DNA of 62,418 bases, the filler included, from Squatina squatina (lineage: Eukaryota), in NCBI GenBank assembly GCA_031763465.1. It is 4 parts of 4 records of this genome, joined end to end, with 100 filler letters (N's around TTAATTAATTAA, not from the genome) between each part and the next. Parts side by side here need not be neighbours in the genome. Positions count along the whole stretch, not along the records: positions 22,278 to 35,960 come from JARFOE010000115.1; positions 36,061 to 49,722 come from JARFOE010000004.1; 2 more parts are not named here. One strand, 5' to 3'. Below the pieces are notes generated by a model. It was not told the DNA's origin and did no database searches. It saw nothing but the letters and a program-made list of their open reading frames with translations. Made by a program: the position numbers and the translations under genes. Positions 25,897-37,976 of the stretch are shown piece after piece (positions within the stretch are counted from its first letter, which is position 1; each line of letters begins with the position of its first letter).

Positions 25897-26325
25897 AATG
25901 GTGGCTCAACCATGGCTTACAAAGGAAACTAAGGATAGTATTAGATCCAAAGAGGAGACATATAAAGTTGCCAGAAAAAGCAGCAAGCATGAGGATTGGA
26001 GCAATTTAGAATTCAGCAGAGGAGGACCAAAAGATTGATTAAGAGGGGAAAAATAGAGTATGAGAGTAAATTTGCAAGGAACATAAAAGCAGACTGTAAA
26101 GGCTTCCACAAATATGTGAAAAGAAAAAGATTAGTGAAGACAAATGTCGGTCCTTTGCAGTCAGAAACGGGGGAATTTATAATGGGGAACAAGGAAATGG
26201 CAGAACAATTAAACAAATACTTTAGTTCTGTCTTCACAAAAGAGGACACAAATAACCTCCTAGAAATGTTAGGGAACCAAGGTCTAGTGAGAGGGAGGAA
26301 CTGAGGGAAATCAGTATTAGTAAAA
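25897..26325 (+). mobile_element. CR1 LINE ORF2 fragment (endonuclease-RT linker)
   Basis: QPWLTKE...KIEYESKFARNIKADCKGFHKYVKRKR...EMAEQLNKYFSSVFTKED. Confidence 0.9.
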
Positions 26326-26562
26326 NNNNNNNNNNNNNNNNNNNNNNNNNNNNNNNNNNNNNNNNNNNNNNNNNNNNNNNNNNNNNNNNNNNNNNNNNNN
26401 NNNNNNNNNNNNNNNNNNNNNNNNNGGATGTTAAACGGAGCAAAATGTGCATTTCAAACTAAATCATTTATATTTCGGATGAGCACTTCAACTTCCAATT
26501 TATTTTATAATGTAAGATTGGCCCAAAGAGCAGACATCAGTTCTAATAAATGCAGAAGTAAT

Positions 26563-28378
26563 GGCCCTGATTTTGACCCAGCCCACCCAGCGTGAATAGG
26601 GAAAGCAGGCCATTAAAATGGCGGTCGGGTTCGCATCATGTTCCTGATCCGTTCCCGCCTGCCACCATTTTCATTCACCTCAAACCAGGCATAGTCGGGT
26701 CATTTGCCTTCCATTCAAAAGTCACTGCCTGATTATGTCATTGACACCACCATGCAATTTTAACTCATAAAATTGGGATGCTTCCCAGCGCCGGCATCCC
26801 CTTTCAAACTCTCGGGCACTTGGCAGAGTCGCGATCTTGTCCGAATTCCCACTTTCAGCTCCCGACGCTGTGCCACTCCTGGCCTGGGCCTTACATTCAA
26901 CCTTCTGCAGGGTCCCACACCCCGCCCGTGCCGATTAGTTAGATTCAGGGTGAGTAGTTCTGGTTTACCTATGAGCTATATGTTTTTTTTTTAAATCAAT
27001 TTTCCTTTAGTATAAACCCCATTAACTAGGATGCTGAGAATTAGCCAATAACTGAGGACTAACAGTCCAGCCAGGAAAAGCAACCTTAATTAGCTTCTTT
27101 CTTAAAAAGGGTAGGTTTGGTGATTCCCTATTCAGAAAACTGAGGGGAGAGCAGTCCAATTTTTAAATCTACTAATTGCATAAAACCCTTAAACCAAACC
27201 TGCTTAGCATACAGTAATGGCGTTTTTGTTATGTCTATCAGATTCTCGTTCCATACGTATTAACACCACTAGATGACACAGCTATTGAACCCTTACCAGC
27301 AACTTCTGGAACATGTTCCCTGAGAAACACCAACTTGTTACTCTATAATATTCACAAGAATAACTTCCTCCAAGCAATTCAATAATATTTTCATCAAAAG
27401 TTTGAAATTTACATTCAGCACTGATGTTCATTTCTAATGACTGCAGTGTTCAGGATCTGTTCCTCCCATAGGTAGAACTGATATGAAAGATGTTTTTAAT
27501 GAGTCTGAGAGTGAAAAACATGTAATTTTAAGCATTAAAAACATTTTACAAACCAAAATATTGGGGGGAATTTTAACTGAGCCTGCCCATCAGGAATAGG
27601 GTGGGAGTGTTTAAAATGGAGCTAACAGCCTTACCACCCCATTCCTGCTGGAATCCCACTGGCCATCATTTCAACTGCTCACTGAAGTGCAATGACTTGG
27701 GCGCCTACCAGAAGCAGGCAGCAGCCCCAGAGATTTAATCTAATCAGGGTCCCAATTATGTCAATGGGAGACCAATAGGATTTCAGCTCGGGCATGAAGT
27801 CACCGCAACTTTCTGGTCAGGCTGAAGCAGTTCAGCTGCTGGTGAACTGGTGGCATTTAAATGAAACCCATGAGTCAAATGTCCGGAGCCTGAAACTTAG
27901 GCCAGTGAGTGTGTTTTACTTCAGGCCTGGGAGTTAAAATGTGTTGCGGAAGGTCTGATGGATTGCCACCTCCATCAGTCCCCACGCACTGCATTCACGC
28001 CCCAGGTTAAAATCAGGGCAATAGTGTTCTCATTGGTTGCACGATATGCGCTGTACCATGTTGGATAGCCCCCCCCACTTCCCAAATCTGTCTAGGTTTT
28101 AGTTTACTTTTTGTAGCTTTGTGTTTGTTTGGCTCAACAGTGACCACAAAAGAAGATTAAGTGCAGGAATAAATACTTTGAAAGTCAAGCACTTAATCTT
28201 TGATATATCCTATGTGGTAAGTTACAATTTACCGGTAGTTAATGTATTTTTCTTCATAATAAGGTGCTGCTAGCAATGGTTATAATTGCCCTGGTTTCAC
28301 TCCAGCACGGCCAGGCGAGCTTCATCCTAGCTCCATCGCCCCCACGTCAAACTTGTGCCCTGAGTTAAAATCAGGCCT
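26563..28378. mobile_element. Cluster of non-autonomous Harbinger-type MITE ends
   Basis: Left ends ggccctgattttgacc (26563) and ggggggaattttaact (27563); right ends ggttaaaatcagggc (~28019) and agttaaaatcaggcc (~28377) are near reverse complements of them. Confidence 0.6.
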
Positions 28379-28721
28379 NNNNNNNNNNNNNNNNNNNNNN
28401 NNNNNNNNNNNNNNNNNNNNNNNNNNNNNNNNNNNNNNNNNNNNNNNNNNNNNNNNNNNNNNNNNNNNNNNNNNNNNNATGGGGTATTACAATTGCCAAA
28501 AATGTATCAGTGACCATTAGCTGATTTTATACAATGCTGGACTAATCTAGTTTAATTTATTTATATAATAATACAAAATAATGTTGGAATAAATTACACT
28601 GAATTGTGTTGTGTGTTTGGATTGCACCAGCATGATATCCCTCAGCCATTGGAAATACCATTTTAAGACTGTTAAAATTCAATTTGTTATTACATTTAAT
28701 TAAAGTACAAGATTGGGTAAA

Positions 28722-28878
28722 TAGAAACAGAAATACTGGAAACACTCTGCAGGTAAAGCAGCATCTGTGGAGGGAGGAAAGTAAGGTAAACCATCTGCTC
28801 TCCACTAATACTGCCTGACCTACTGAGTGTTTACAACATTTTTTTTCCCAGATTTACAGCAGGTAGTACTTCGCTTTT
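28722..28878. mobile_element. Penelope-like terminal-repeat-derived palindromic element
   Basis: Imperfect inverted arms (aaatactggaaacactctgcagg..gcagcatctgtggag / ctccactaatactgcctgacctactgagtgtttacaacattt); same family as 31402-31514 and 35645-35770. Confidence 0.55.
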
Positions 28879-29454
28879 TATTTTAAAGTGGAAATCATAC
28901 TGGTGCTAATCTGAAAACATCCCACTTTTGTTCTACCAGGGAGGCACAATTTCTGTCTAATTAGACTGTAATGTCTCTCATTAAAGATCATTAACAAACT
29001 GAATTTCTTCCTTTTTCCACTGTATATTTTGTAATGGATTTCTCTTTCAGTTAATCCTTATCCTATTATATAAGCAGGGATTGTATTTTGTTGCGTGGAA
29101 TGTTACACAACCATAATGAGATGAAAAATGTTGGCGCATTTTGAAGGCATAAAGGCTTTACATTCTAATGTAGACAGTGTGGGGCTGTTTCAATTCTACG
29201 TAGTTTATTTGATGGCAATGACTATTCTGCCATCACCTAATCTTGAGGCTATTATTTCAGTTTGATTTTTGTAGCAATGTATTGAGCAAAGGTATTGAAC
29301 ATGTACTCCTCTTTTGATACTCATTACTGTGTGAACACAACCTGCCAATGTAACNNNNNNNNNNNNNNNNNNNNNNNNNNNNNNNNNNNNNNNNNNNNNN
29401 NNNNNNNNNNNNNNNNNNNNNNNNNNNNNNNNNNNNNNNNNNNNNNNNNNNNNN

Positions 29455-29530
29455 TATTGAATGGCGGTGCAGGCTCGAAGGGCCTAATGGCCTACTCCTG
29501 CACCTATTTTCTATGTTTCTATGTTTCTAC
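29455..29530 (+). mobile_element. CR1 LINE 3' terminus with (TTCTATGT)n tail
   Basis: ggctcgaagggcctaatggcctactcctgcacctattttctatgtttctatgtttcta. Confidence 0.85.
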
Positions 29531-29677
29531 GCTGTATCTGCTCAGCTTACATCCTTAACTGCGCATTCGCGAAAGTTGCTGTCCAATTTGTGCATAAATA
29601 ACGGTGAGCGCCATTAGCCACACAATTATTTTTACAATAAATTCTGGCCTTTGAACTTTCACTTTTCTCTTTACTAG

Positions 29678-29798
29678 GAAGCCTGTGAAGCTCGAGGTTG
29701 CTGCTGGAAACCAGTGACCAAAGGAAATGGGCCCTGGTGCTTCTTCGGAACAAGTACTGGATACAGGATCCAGGAAAGACAAAAGGAAACTTCAACAG
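29678..29798 (+). CDS. SI: Sucrase-isomaltase trefoil (P-type) domain exon (121 bp)
   Basis: ttactag|GAA...ACAG|gtctgt; EACEARGCCWKPVTKGNGPWCFFGTSTGYRIQ (trefoil CxxRGCCW...PWCF); missed by the ORF track. Confidence 0.9.
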
Positions 29799-29897
29799 GT
29801 CTGTACTGCAGCTGAAACAACTTGTTTTGTTTGTCTGCTTCTTTTATCACTTGTTCTTATTGCTGAGTGCATTTACAGAGATCTTATTTTGAAAAAG

Positions 29898-30007
29898 GTT
29901 TTGAAACTCAGCTGCAGCGTATGCCTTCTCCCTCCCTTTATGGAAATGACATTGAAACATTGCTATTGACTGGGGAAAAGCAGACAGCAAATCGCTTCCG
30001 ATTCAAG
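29898..30007 (+). CDS. SI: Sucrase-isomaltase N-terminal beta-sandwich exon (110 bp)
   Basis: aaaag|GT...AAG|gttagc, in frame with the previous exon: GFETQLQRMPSPSLYGNDIETLLLTGEKQTANRFRFK. Confidence 0.9.
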
Positions 30008-30274
30008 GTTAGCATGCTTTAAAGAGAACTATAATCTTTGGGTTCTCTATTACCATCCTTTTATTTCAAATCTGAAATGGATATTTCATACTGCAATTTT
30101 TTAAAACATTTTTTATATTTTCGTAATTATTTTTTATCATTGACAGAGGGCCAAATTACAAAATATAGATACAATAAAAACAAATGTTGAAATGCATTTT
30201 TGTTTGTTAGAACATGTTTATGCCAGCAGCTGTAATTTGTTTTTTAATTTGACCTTAATGGATAACACTGAATA

Positions 30275-30505
30275 CGCATTTAACCAAGATATATGGAACG
30301 CACAGTCTGAAAGGCTGGTGGAGGCAGATTCAGTCGTGGCTTTCAAAAGGGAATAGGAAAAGTGCCTGATGGAAAGAAATTTGCAGGGCTACGGGGAAAG
30401 GGCGGGGGGAGTGGGACTAGACAATGTGCTCTTGCAGAGAGCCAGCACAGTCTTGACGGGCCGAATGGCCTCCTTCTGTGCTGTAATCATTCTCTGATTC
30501 TATGT
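30275..30505 (+). mobile_element. CR1 LINE 3' end
   Basis: IWNAQSERLVEADSVVAFKRE...; tail gggccgaatggcctccttctgtgctgtaatcattct. Confidence 0.8.
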
Positions 30506-30817
30506 TAGTGCTTTTCTCTACAAGACATCAGTATACTCATTTTTTATTGCTCACTCATGTAATATTTGATTATCAAAGCGATTAGTTATTAAAACGCCTA
30601 ATTAAATGCATTGTGCAACAACCATGTGTTTTGTTATTATCAGATTGATGCCTTGCTGAATAGATTTGTGTTTAAGGGATCATTTTATATTTTTTAATTT
30701 GTACTTCTAACAGATATNNNNNNNNNNNNNNNNNNNNNNNNNNNNNNNNNNNNNNNNNNNNNNNNNNNNNNNNNNNNNNNNNNNNNNNNNNNNNNNNNNN
30801 NNNNNNNNNNNNNNNNN

Positions 30818-31275
30818 CACAATAAATGTTACTGAGAATTGTCGCGGAACAGAGGGACCTTGTTGTGCATGTCCACAGAACCCTGAAGGTAGCAGGACAG
30901 GTAGATATGGTAGTTAAGAAGGCATACAGGATACTTTCCTTTATTGGCCAAGGTATGGAATATAAGAGCAGGGAAGTTATGCTGGATCTGTATAAAACAC
31001 AAGTTAGGCCACAGCCAGAGTACTGCGTACAATTCTGGTCACCGCACTACAGGAAAGAAGTGATTGTACTAGAGATGGTACAGAGGAGATTTACGAAGAT
31101 ATTAGAGACAGAACTCTCATCACATTTAAAAAATATTTACATATGCACATGAAGTGCCGTAACTTACAGGGCTACGGATCTAGAAAGTGGGATTAGGCTG
31201 AATATATCTTTTTTAACCGGCACAGGCACGATGGGACAAATGGCCTACTTCTGTGTCATAAATTTCTATGATTTG
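30818..31275 (+). mobile_element. CR1 LINE ORF2 C-terminal fragment and 3' UTR, internally deleted
   Basis: EQRDLVVHVH...LYKTQVRPQPEYCVQFWSPHYRKEVIVLEMVQRRFTK. Confidence 0.9.
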
Positions 31276-31401
31276 TAATGATCTGGATGGTATCTGCGTG
31301 GATTAAATCTTAACATTTTTTGAGGATGGGTGACATAGATGTTTATCATGTTAACTTTTCACCTCTGGGACCTGGGATTGTACAGGATGAAAATCTCCTT
31401 T

Positions 31402-31514
31402 GCAAAGCATCATCTGGACAAGGATCATCGACCTGAAACGTTAACTCCGTTTCTCTCTCCACAGACATTGCCCAACCTGCTGAGTATTTCCAGCATTTTC
31501 TGTTTTTATTTTAT
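31402..31514 (+). mobile_element. Short retroposed insertion (Penelope-terminal-repeat-like) with 15-bp target-site duplication
   Basis: Flanked by the exact direct repeat atgaaaatctccttt (31387-31401 and 31515-31529). Confidence 0.7.
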
Positions 31515-31923
31515 ATGAAAATCTCCTTTATATGTTGATAATGAAAGTCTTACACAACGTCTACTTGTGTTGTCACACCCAGTTTCCAGTAAGCACAAAA
31601 CTGGCAGTCCCACTCAGCGAGGCCGTGAGAATGGCTGGAGTGTAAAAAAACAATGCACTCGTGCTGTTTCAAATATCATCAACAAACTCTCATTATTTCA
31701 GTAAAGAATATTTCTGTCATGCCCTGGGAAAACTTATTACAATAATATAAATAAGGAGAGTAGCAATTAAAAGTGATGAAAATTTAGATCCAGTTTCAAT
31801 ATAAATTAGGACAATTATCAACGTGAATTTTTGCAAATAATACTAGCTACATTTGTTGGCATCAAAAGAACATGGGATATTGTTGAATATTGACTAACGT
31901 ATGTTTAATTAAAAATTATTTAG

Positions 31924-32055
31924 GATACCCAGATCACTGATATCGACTATATGGAAAACAAAAAGGATTTTACTTATGACTTGGAAAAATTCCGCAATCT
32001 CCCAGAATTTGCTCATGACTTACATAACCATGGGCAGAGATACATCATCATTTTG
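31924..32055 (+). CDS. SI: Sucrase-isomaltase GH31 catalytic-domain exon (132 bp)
   Basis: atttag|GAT...TTG|gtaagt; [44 protein letters not shown] (DTQ.TDIDYME.KKDFTYD fits the SI N-terminal subunit better than MGAM). Confidence 0.9.
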
Positions 32056-33185
32056 GTAAGTTCCATAATTGTTCTGCTTTCCTTGTCATTTTGATCACTT
32101 AAAAAAAATTATAACAAATTAGAATGAACAGTTTGAAAAAGCAAGGATATCTTTTATCAATACATTTACATTTTAATTGCATGTCATAAAACCACTTTAA
32201 TGAAACGATAATCTTTCATGTGTCACAAGGCAGATGACAATNNNNNNNNNNNNNNNNNNNNNNNNNNNNNNNNNNNNNNNNNNNNNNNNNNNNNNNNNNN
32301 NNNNNNNNNNNNNNNNNNNNNNNNNNNNNNNNNNNNNNNNNTAATGAAATATATTGGTTTAGATAGTCCCTCAAAATGAATTTGATGCAGAAGAAAAGCA
32401 ATAAATTTCATTATTAAAGCAAAATTTTTAGAAATTTTCCTTTCTCTCTTCTTTGACAATTTTCTCCTTAAAGCATTTACTCATCCCTGGGTGCCCTCCA
32501 CTACTCTGTTTAAATGGTTACTATCATGGCCTTGAAATTCTGTAAGGATTCTCCCAGTCTCCCACTGAACTCCAGTTGGAGACCAGCACAACCCCAGGCA
32601 AATGGTGCATATGACTGAAAACAGCTTGGTCTGGTCTCGACTGGAGTTAAGCAGGAGATGGGAGAATTCCCACAGAATTTCAAGGCCCATGTATCTTGAG
32701 AGTGCATCCTGGAAATCTATTCAAGTGTTGGGGATGTGACAGCCAAGCCAGATTCTGTCTGCACTTGAACTTAGTACGTGTGCACTTCCAACAGTTCAGT
32801 GGACAGTGATCAATAGCAGAAACTCTCAGTGATTTTCTCCTTCCGAAACCAAGTTCATTGAAGTTAATTATAGCACCACTACGGCAGGCCAGCAGAGATC
32901 AGCTAACTCTGGGAATTGAACCTGGGACATTTCAAGTCAGTATTGTTTAGGCACTTACTGTGTAAACCCCAGAACCATTCAGGAAGCTAGGCAACGTTTT
33001 ATCGTGCAGCAGCAAATCAAAATAATTCATTGGTAAATTATAATACATTGCTAAAATCATGTGATGCTATAATAGAAATATGAGTGTGATTCATGAGCAT
33101 TCACCATTAAATCATACTGGAATTTATCAATTCCTAACCTCATTATAACAAAAATGTCCTTTCTTTTTTCTCTTTTTTTGTTTGA

Positions 33186-33386
<201 letters not shown>

Positions 33387-35960
33387 TAAGTGAAGTTGGC
33401 AGAGAAAACTATNNNNNNNNNNNNNNNNNNNNNNNNNNNNNNNNNNNNNNNNNNNNNNNNNNNNNNNNNNNNNNNNNNNNNNNNNNNNNNNNNNNNNNNN
33501 NNNNNNNNNNNNTCAGACATGATCTGAACTGGAATACTTGGGGAATGTTTGCCAAAGATCAGCCGCCTGGTGTAAGTTTAGAAAGTTGTTTCCTCAGTTG
33601 TGGCTTACTGTGTTTTATTACGAACATCAAGTCCTGTGAAAAATTGAATTACCCAAGCTACATTTCAAACACGGGATACAATGTTGTAAGTCAAAGTGAT
33701 TACAATTGTTAGAAGTTTTACAGTGAAGAAAACAGAACCCATTCACATATAAATCACAGAGGCTTGATTTACTGTAACTCTTTATCTCTCCTATCCAGGA
33801 CTGTTGTCTGCAAAATTGTGAAGCAACTGACTGATATGAATGTTCCTCTGCTTGATGGTAGAATGCAAGCACATATAGAAATAGCAGCCTCCATTCTGAT
33901 TCAAAAGTTGTTTGAGCCAGAGCAATGATTTCAACTTTGATCTCTGTTTCTGGAATGGGGTACAGACCACTTTTGATTTAAAGTAAACTGCTATTTATTG
34001 ACAATAATTGCATTCACACAAATACATTTCAATCACAGGAGTCTAGATATTATTGTTAGCAGATGAATGCTTTGGATGACATTCCACCGTCTGCTATTTT
34101 AACCCAAGCAATTTAAGCAAAATCCCTTCCAGGCCATATAGGTAAAGTCCAAAACTGTTTGACTTGTCTATTTCAAAGAGATTAACACCTCCCTTAAAAT
34201 AGTAGACAAAAAAATATCAAACCAGTATGTCAATTGTTCATCTTCACAGTAAACTTGAATCTTATATAAAGTGCACAGCAGAAAACTATTTTAAAAAGTG
34301 GTCTGTACATTTAAGATTTTATTCTTCTGCTAATAAAACCTTCCTGTGTTTTTATCAAAAGGAAGGCAAAGAATACAGCTGCAGATAACCTTGCTGGCTC
34401 AACTCCCCTCTTCCCCCATCAGTAGTGTGGCATACATAGTGGCAAACAAGAAGCAGAATTACAGGCATTTTAGCTTGCTTTTTGTGTCTAATTTTCAATA
34501 TATTGTTTAGTAATTTACCTTCATTGGTAATTGTCTCCAATATTTTTTGTGTTGCACTTGGGCAATGCAGAAATTTTTCTATCTCACAAATCACAATGCA
34601 AAAATAAATATGGGGTTGCTAATACAAAGTGAAGCTTGAGCACATTACACTGCATTCCTAAGAAAGAGCACTAATGTTACACTCTTCCAGTATCTGTGAC
34701 CAAGGTGACTGCTTTGACGATGTTTTAAAGTGGAATAAGATGACAAATGGAGTTGGTGGAGTGGAGAGGAAACAAAAACCAATGTTATCAATCTGGGAAG
34801 AATTAAATACAATGAGCAATTTGGAGGCAAAAAAATGCAGAAATATTTAAGAAAACGGAAGGCAAATAGACAGCAATGAGAATGAATAAAAATGATGTGG
34901 AAAGGGTTGATTTTAGATTGTAGACAATTCTAGTGACAGCGGTGGGTTTCAGTTGAGTATGTGCTGCAGCGAAAATATTTCATCTAATCTCAGATCAGAA
35001 ATGCATTGACATTATGAAACATCAACTTAACTCCGATCCCCACACACTCGTGGAAGCACAATAAAAGATTCTGGGTTTGGTGTTATTAGAAATGTCCCTC
35101 TGAGATTGTGGAGTTTTTTTCTTGTTTTAACTGGCAGCCATCTAAATTCTTCTCAGGTCAGAGGAAGACAGTGAGGGATGAGCTATTATGATCAGTGTGT
35201 GCATTGAGCATGTGATTCATCTGTAGAGCTCAGATGGCATCATACTTTAATTGAATCTCATGCTCATTGCACTTTGGTTCTCCCTACTGGACAATTATAA
35301 TATCCTGTCTTCACTAGAAAAAAAAACCCTTCAATGAATTGAATTTACTGCCAGTGAACAAAAGGCAAACGGCTTATTAAAATAAATATAATGTGACGAG
35401 TAGAGCTGTGTGTGAGAATAAGATTATCATTGCTATCAGTAGTAAAATAGTTACTGTATAAAGGACACCTATGGACATGCTGAAAGAGGCTTCTTTATTG
35501 GTGGTTCTTTGATAGATGTTGTTGATTGCCCCTCATGAGAGGAATCACAGAGTTTATACCGAATAGGATTTTACATAGACAATTCTAAATCTTTCCCAAT
35601 TACACAGAAGCAGTAAATTATTATTGAGCTAGATCGATAAAATCATGACTGCTGGAAATCTGAAATAAAGCATAAAGTGCTAGAAATGCACAGCAGCTCG
35701 CTCAGTGTCTAAAAAGAACATAGGTTGATGTTTGGATGAACTATTCATCAGATCTGAATGAAAGGTCATTTTTGGTTGCACGGTGGTGCAAGGTGCATTC
35801 CCTACGTCTGAATGGTGAGGCCCGAGGAAACCAAGAATAGACCACTGCTAGTGTCACAGCAGCCCTTAGGTAAGCCGGGAGTCAGGAGTTAAGAGGCCGG
35901 AGGGAGGATTGAAGGCAGTGGAATTGGGAGTTAGGAGGCCCGGGTGTCAGATCGGAGGCC

Positions 35961-36060
35961 NNNNNNNNNNNNNNNNNNNNNNNNNNNNNNNNNNNNNNNN
36001 NNNNTTAATTAATTAANNNNNNNNNNNNNNNNNNNNNNNNNNNNNNNNNNNNNNNNNNNN
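35961..36060. other. Artificial scaffold linker N44-TTAATTAATTAA-N44
   Basis: Same linker as at 22178. Confidence 0.97.
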
Positions 36061-36691
36061 CAACGCACTGATGCTCTTCTCCATCTTCCTCGCCGCAACA
36101 CTTCATCCCATCTCCATGAAGCTCCTCACTGGAGTGGAGCTAATCTATAGAACAAGTGGAAAACTCATCAACCTCCACCGCCTCCAGTCCAGAACCAAGA
36201 CCAACCCAACCTCTATCATCAAACTGCAGTATGCAGACGATACCTGTGTGTGTGCACACTCAGAGGCTGAGCTCCAATCCATCGTTGATTTATTCACCAA
36301 GGTGTACGAGACAATGGGCCTCACACTAAACATCCACAAGACAAAGATCCTACAGCAGCCTGCCCCAGCTGCACAACACTGCCCTCCTGGCTATCAAGAT
36401 CCATGGCGAGCCCCTGAACAACATGGATCACATTCCATACCTTGGGAGTTTCCTCTCAGCGAGGGCAGACATAGACAACAAAATTCAACACTGCCTCCAG
36501 TGTGCCAGCACAGCCTTTGGCCGCTTGAGGAAAAGAGTGTTTGAAGATAAGAACCTCAAACCTGGCACCAAGCTCATGGCCTACAGGGCAGCAGCGATAC
36601 CCGCTCTCCTGTATGCGTCAGAGACATGGACAATGTACAGTAGACACCTCAAAGCACTGGAGAAGTACCACCAACGCTGCATCCGCAAACT
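36061..36691 (+). mobile_element. RTE-clade LINE reverse transcriptase fragment
   Basis: LFSIFL...LQYADD...GLTLNIHKTKIL, frameshift, then PYLGSFLS...ASTAFGRLRKRVF...LLYASETWT. Confidence 0.92.
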
Positions 36692-37865
36692 NNNNNNNNN
36701 NNNNNNNNNNNNNNNNNNNNNNNNNNNNNNNNNNNNNNNNNNNNNNNNNNNNNNNNNNNNNNNNNNNNNNNNNNNNNNNNNNNNNNNNNNNCAATCTAAG
36801 TGGCCAATGCATTATTAAACGATCGACTTTGTAGTTCACAGTTCCACACAAGAAAAGGAGAGGGTCAGGTTTCGGCACACTGTAATTCCCCGTAGCACCA
36901 GCTAATTATGGTACTAACTTTCTTTATTTGCCGTGCTGTTGTGAGATGTAAACACTATCAGGGGCACTTTGCTCAGTGGCTTCAACCCAGCCAGGTTGCT
37001 TCTCGCAAAGATTAGCCACCAGTTAATGGTTTGTGAAAGGCTTGATCTTATAACTCAGGAAGTTTGATAGGCTCCTTTCTTGTTCACATGTGATTACCCA
37101 CAGCAACAACAAGTGTAAGTTACCCCACCCAATGGCTCAGTTTGGTAAATGAACCAATCAGTTTGATCCCTGGTCTGTGCTGAGCTGCCAGATCTCATGC
37201 AGGGTGGTGGGAGGGGTGCTATAATCGGCCTCCGCACCATAGAATGATAGCATCTCACACCACAGAAGGTGGCCATTCGGCCAATTGTACTTGGTAGATC
37301 AGCGAAGAAAAAAAAATCCTGATCGCTATCTGGTGAATCCTTAAATTTCCTTTAAGTCACCTCTAAATGGTTAGGAACTGACACAAATCTGCCAGAAAGG
37401 TGCTAAGGGCATTATTACCCACCACTCCAAGTACAGGTTCGGAAGGGGGGATAGAGAACAGTAGTAATGGGAATGATGTTTAAAGGATTGGGGCATATTA
37501 AAATGGAACGTCTCAAAAGCTGCACCAGGAGTGGGAAAGTGGGATTAGGCTGGATAGCTCTTTTTCAGCCAGCACAGACACAAAGCTTCGACCNNNNNNN
37601 NNNNNNNNNNNNNNNNNNNNNNNNNNNNNNNNNNNNNNNNNNNNNNNNNNNNNNNNNNNNNNNNNNNNNNNNNNNNNNNNNNNNNNNNNNNNNACAGATT
37701 GGTAACAGATCACAAGTAGGTCATCACTGTAACAAGCACATTGTTGACTATAGACATGCCACTGCTGAACACACCAATTTTCCACATGGCTCCAACTCAG
37801 CACTTTCACTGAAGTTACAGGCAGACTAATGATCCTTTAGAGTCTGAAATGGGTTGTTTTTAGAA

Positions 37866-37976
37866 AATCGGTACCTCCGACAGTGCAGCACTCCCTCAGT
37901 GCTGCTTTTCTGCTGAAGTCTCTGAAGTGCAACTTGAACCCACAACCTTTTGACTCAAGAATGCTACCACTGAGGC
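37866..37976 (-). mobile_element. DeuSINE 5' fragment
   Basis: Reverse complement of the tRNA-like head seen at 9727 and 22620. Confidence 0.7.

Noticed and set aside
30714-30717. Start of the next SI exon after ttctaacag
   Set aside because: Only 4 nt are visible before the gap; plausible but not callable.
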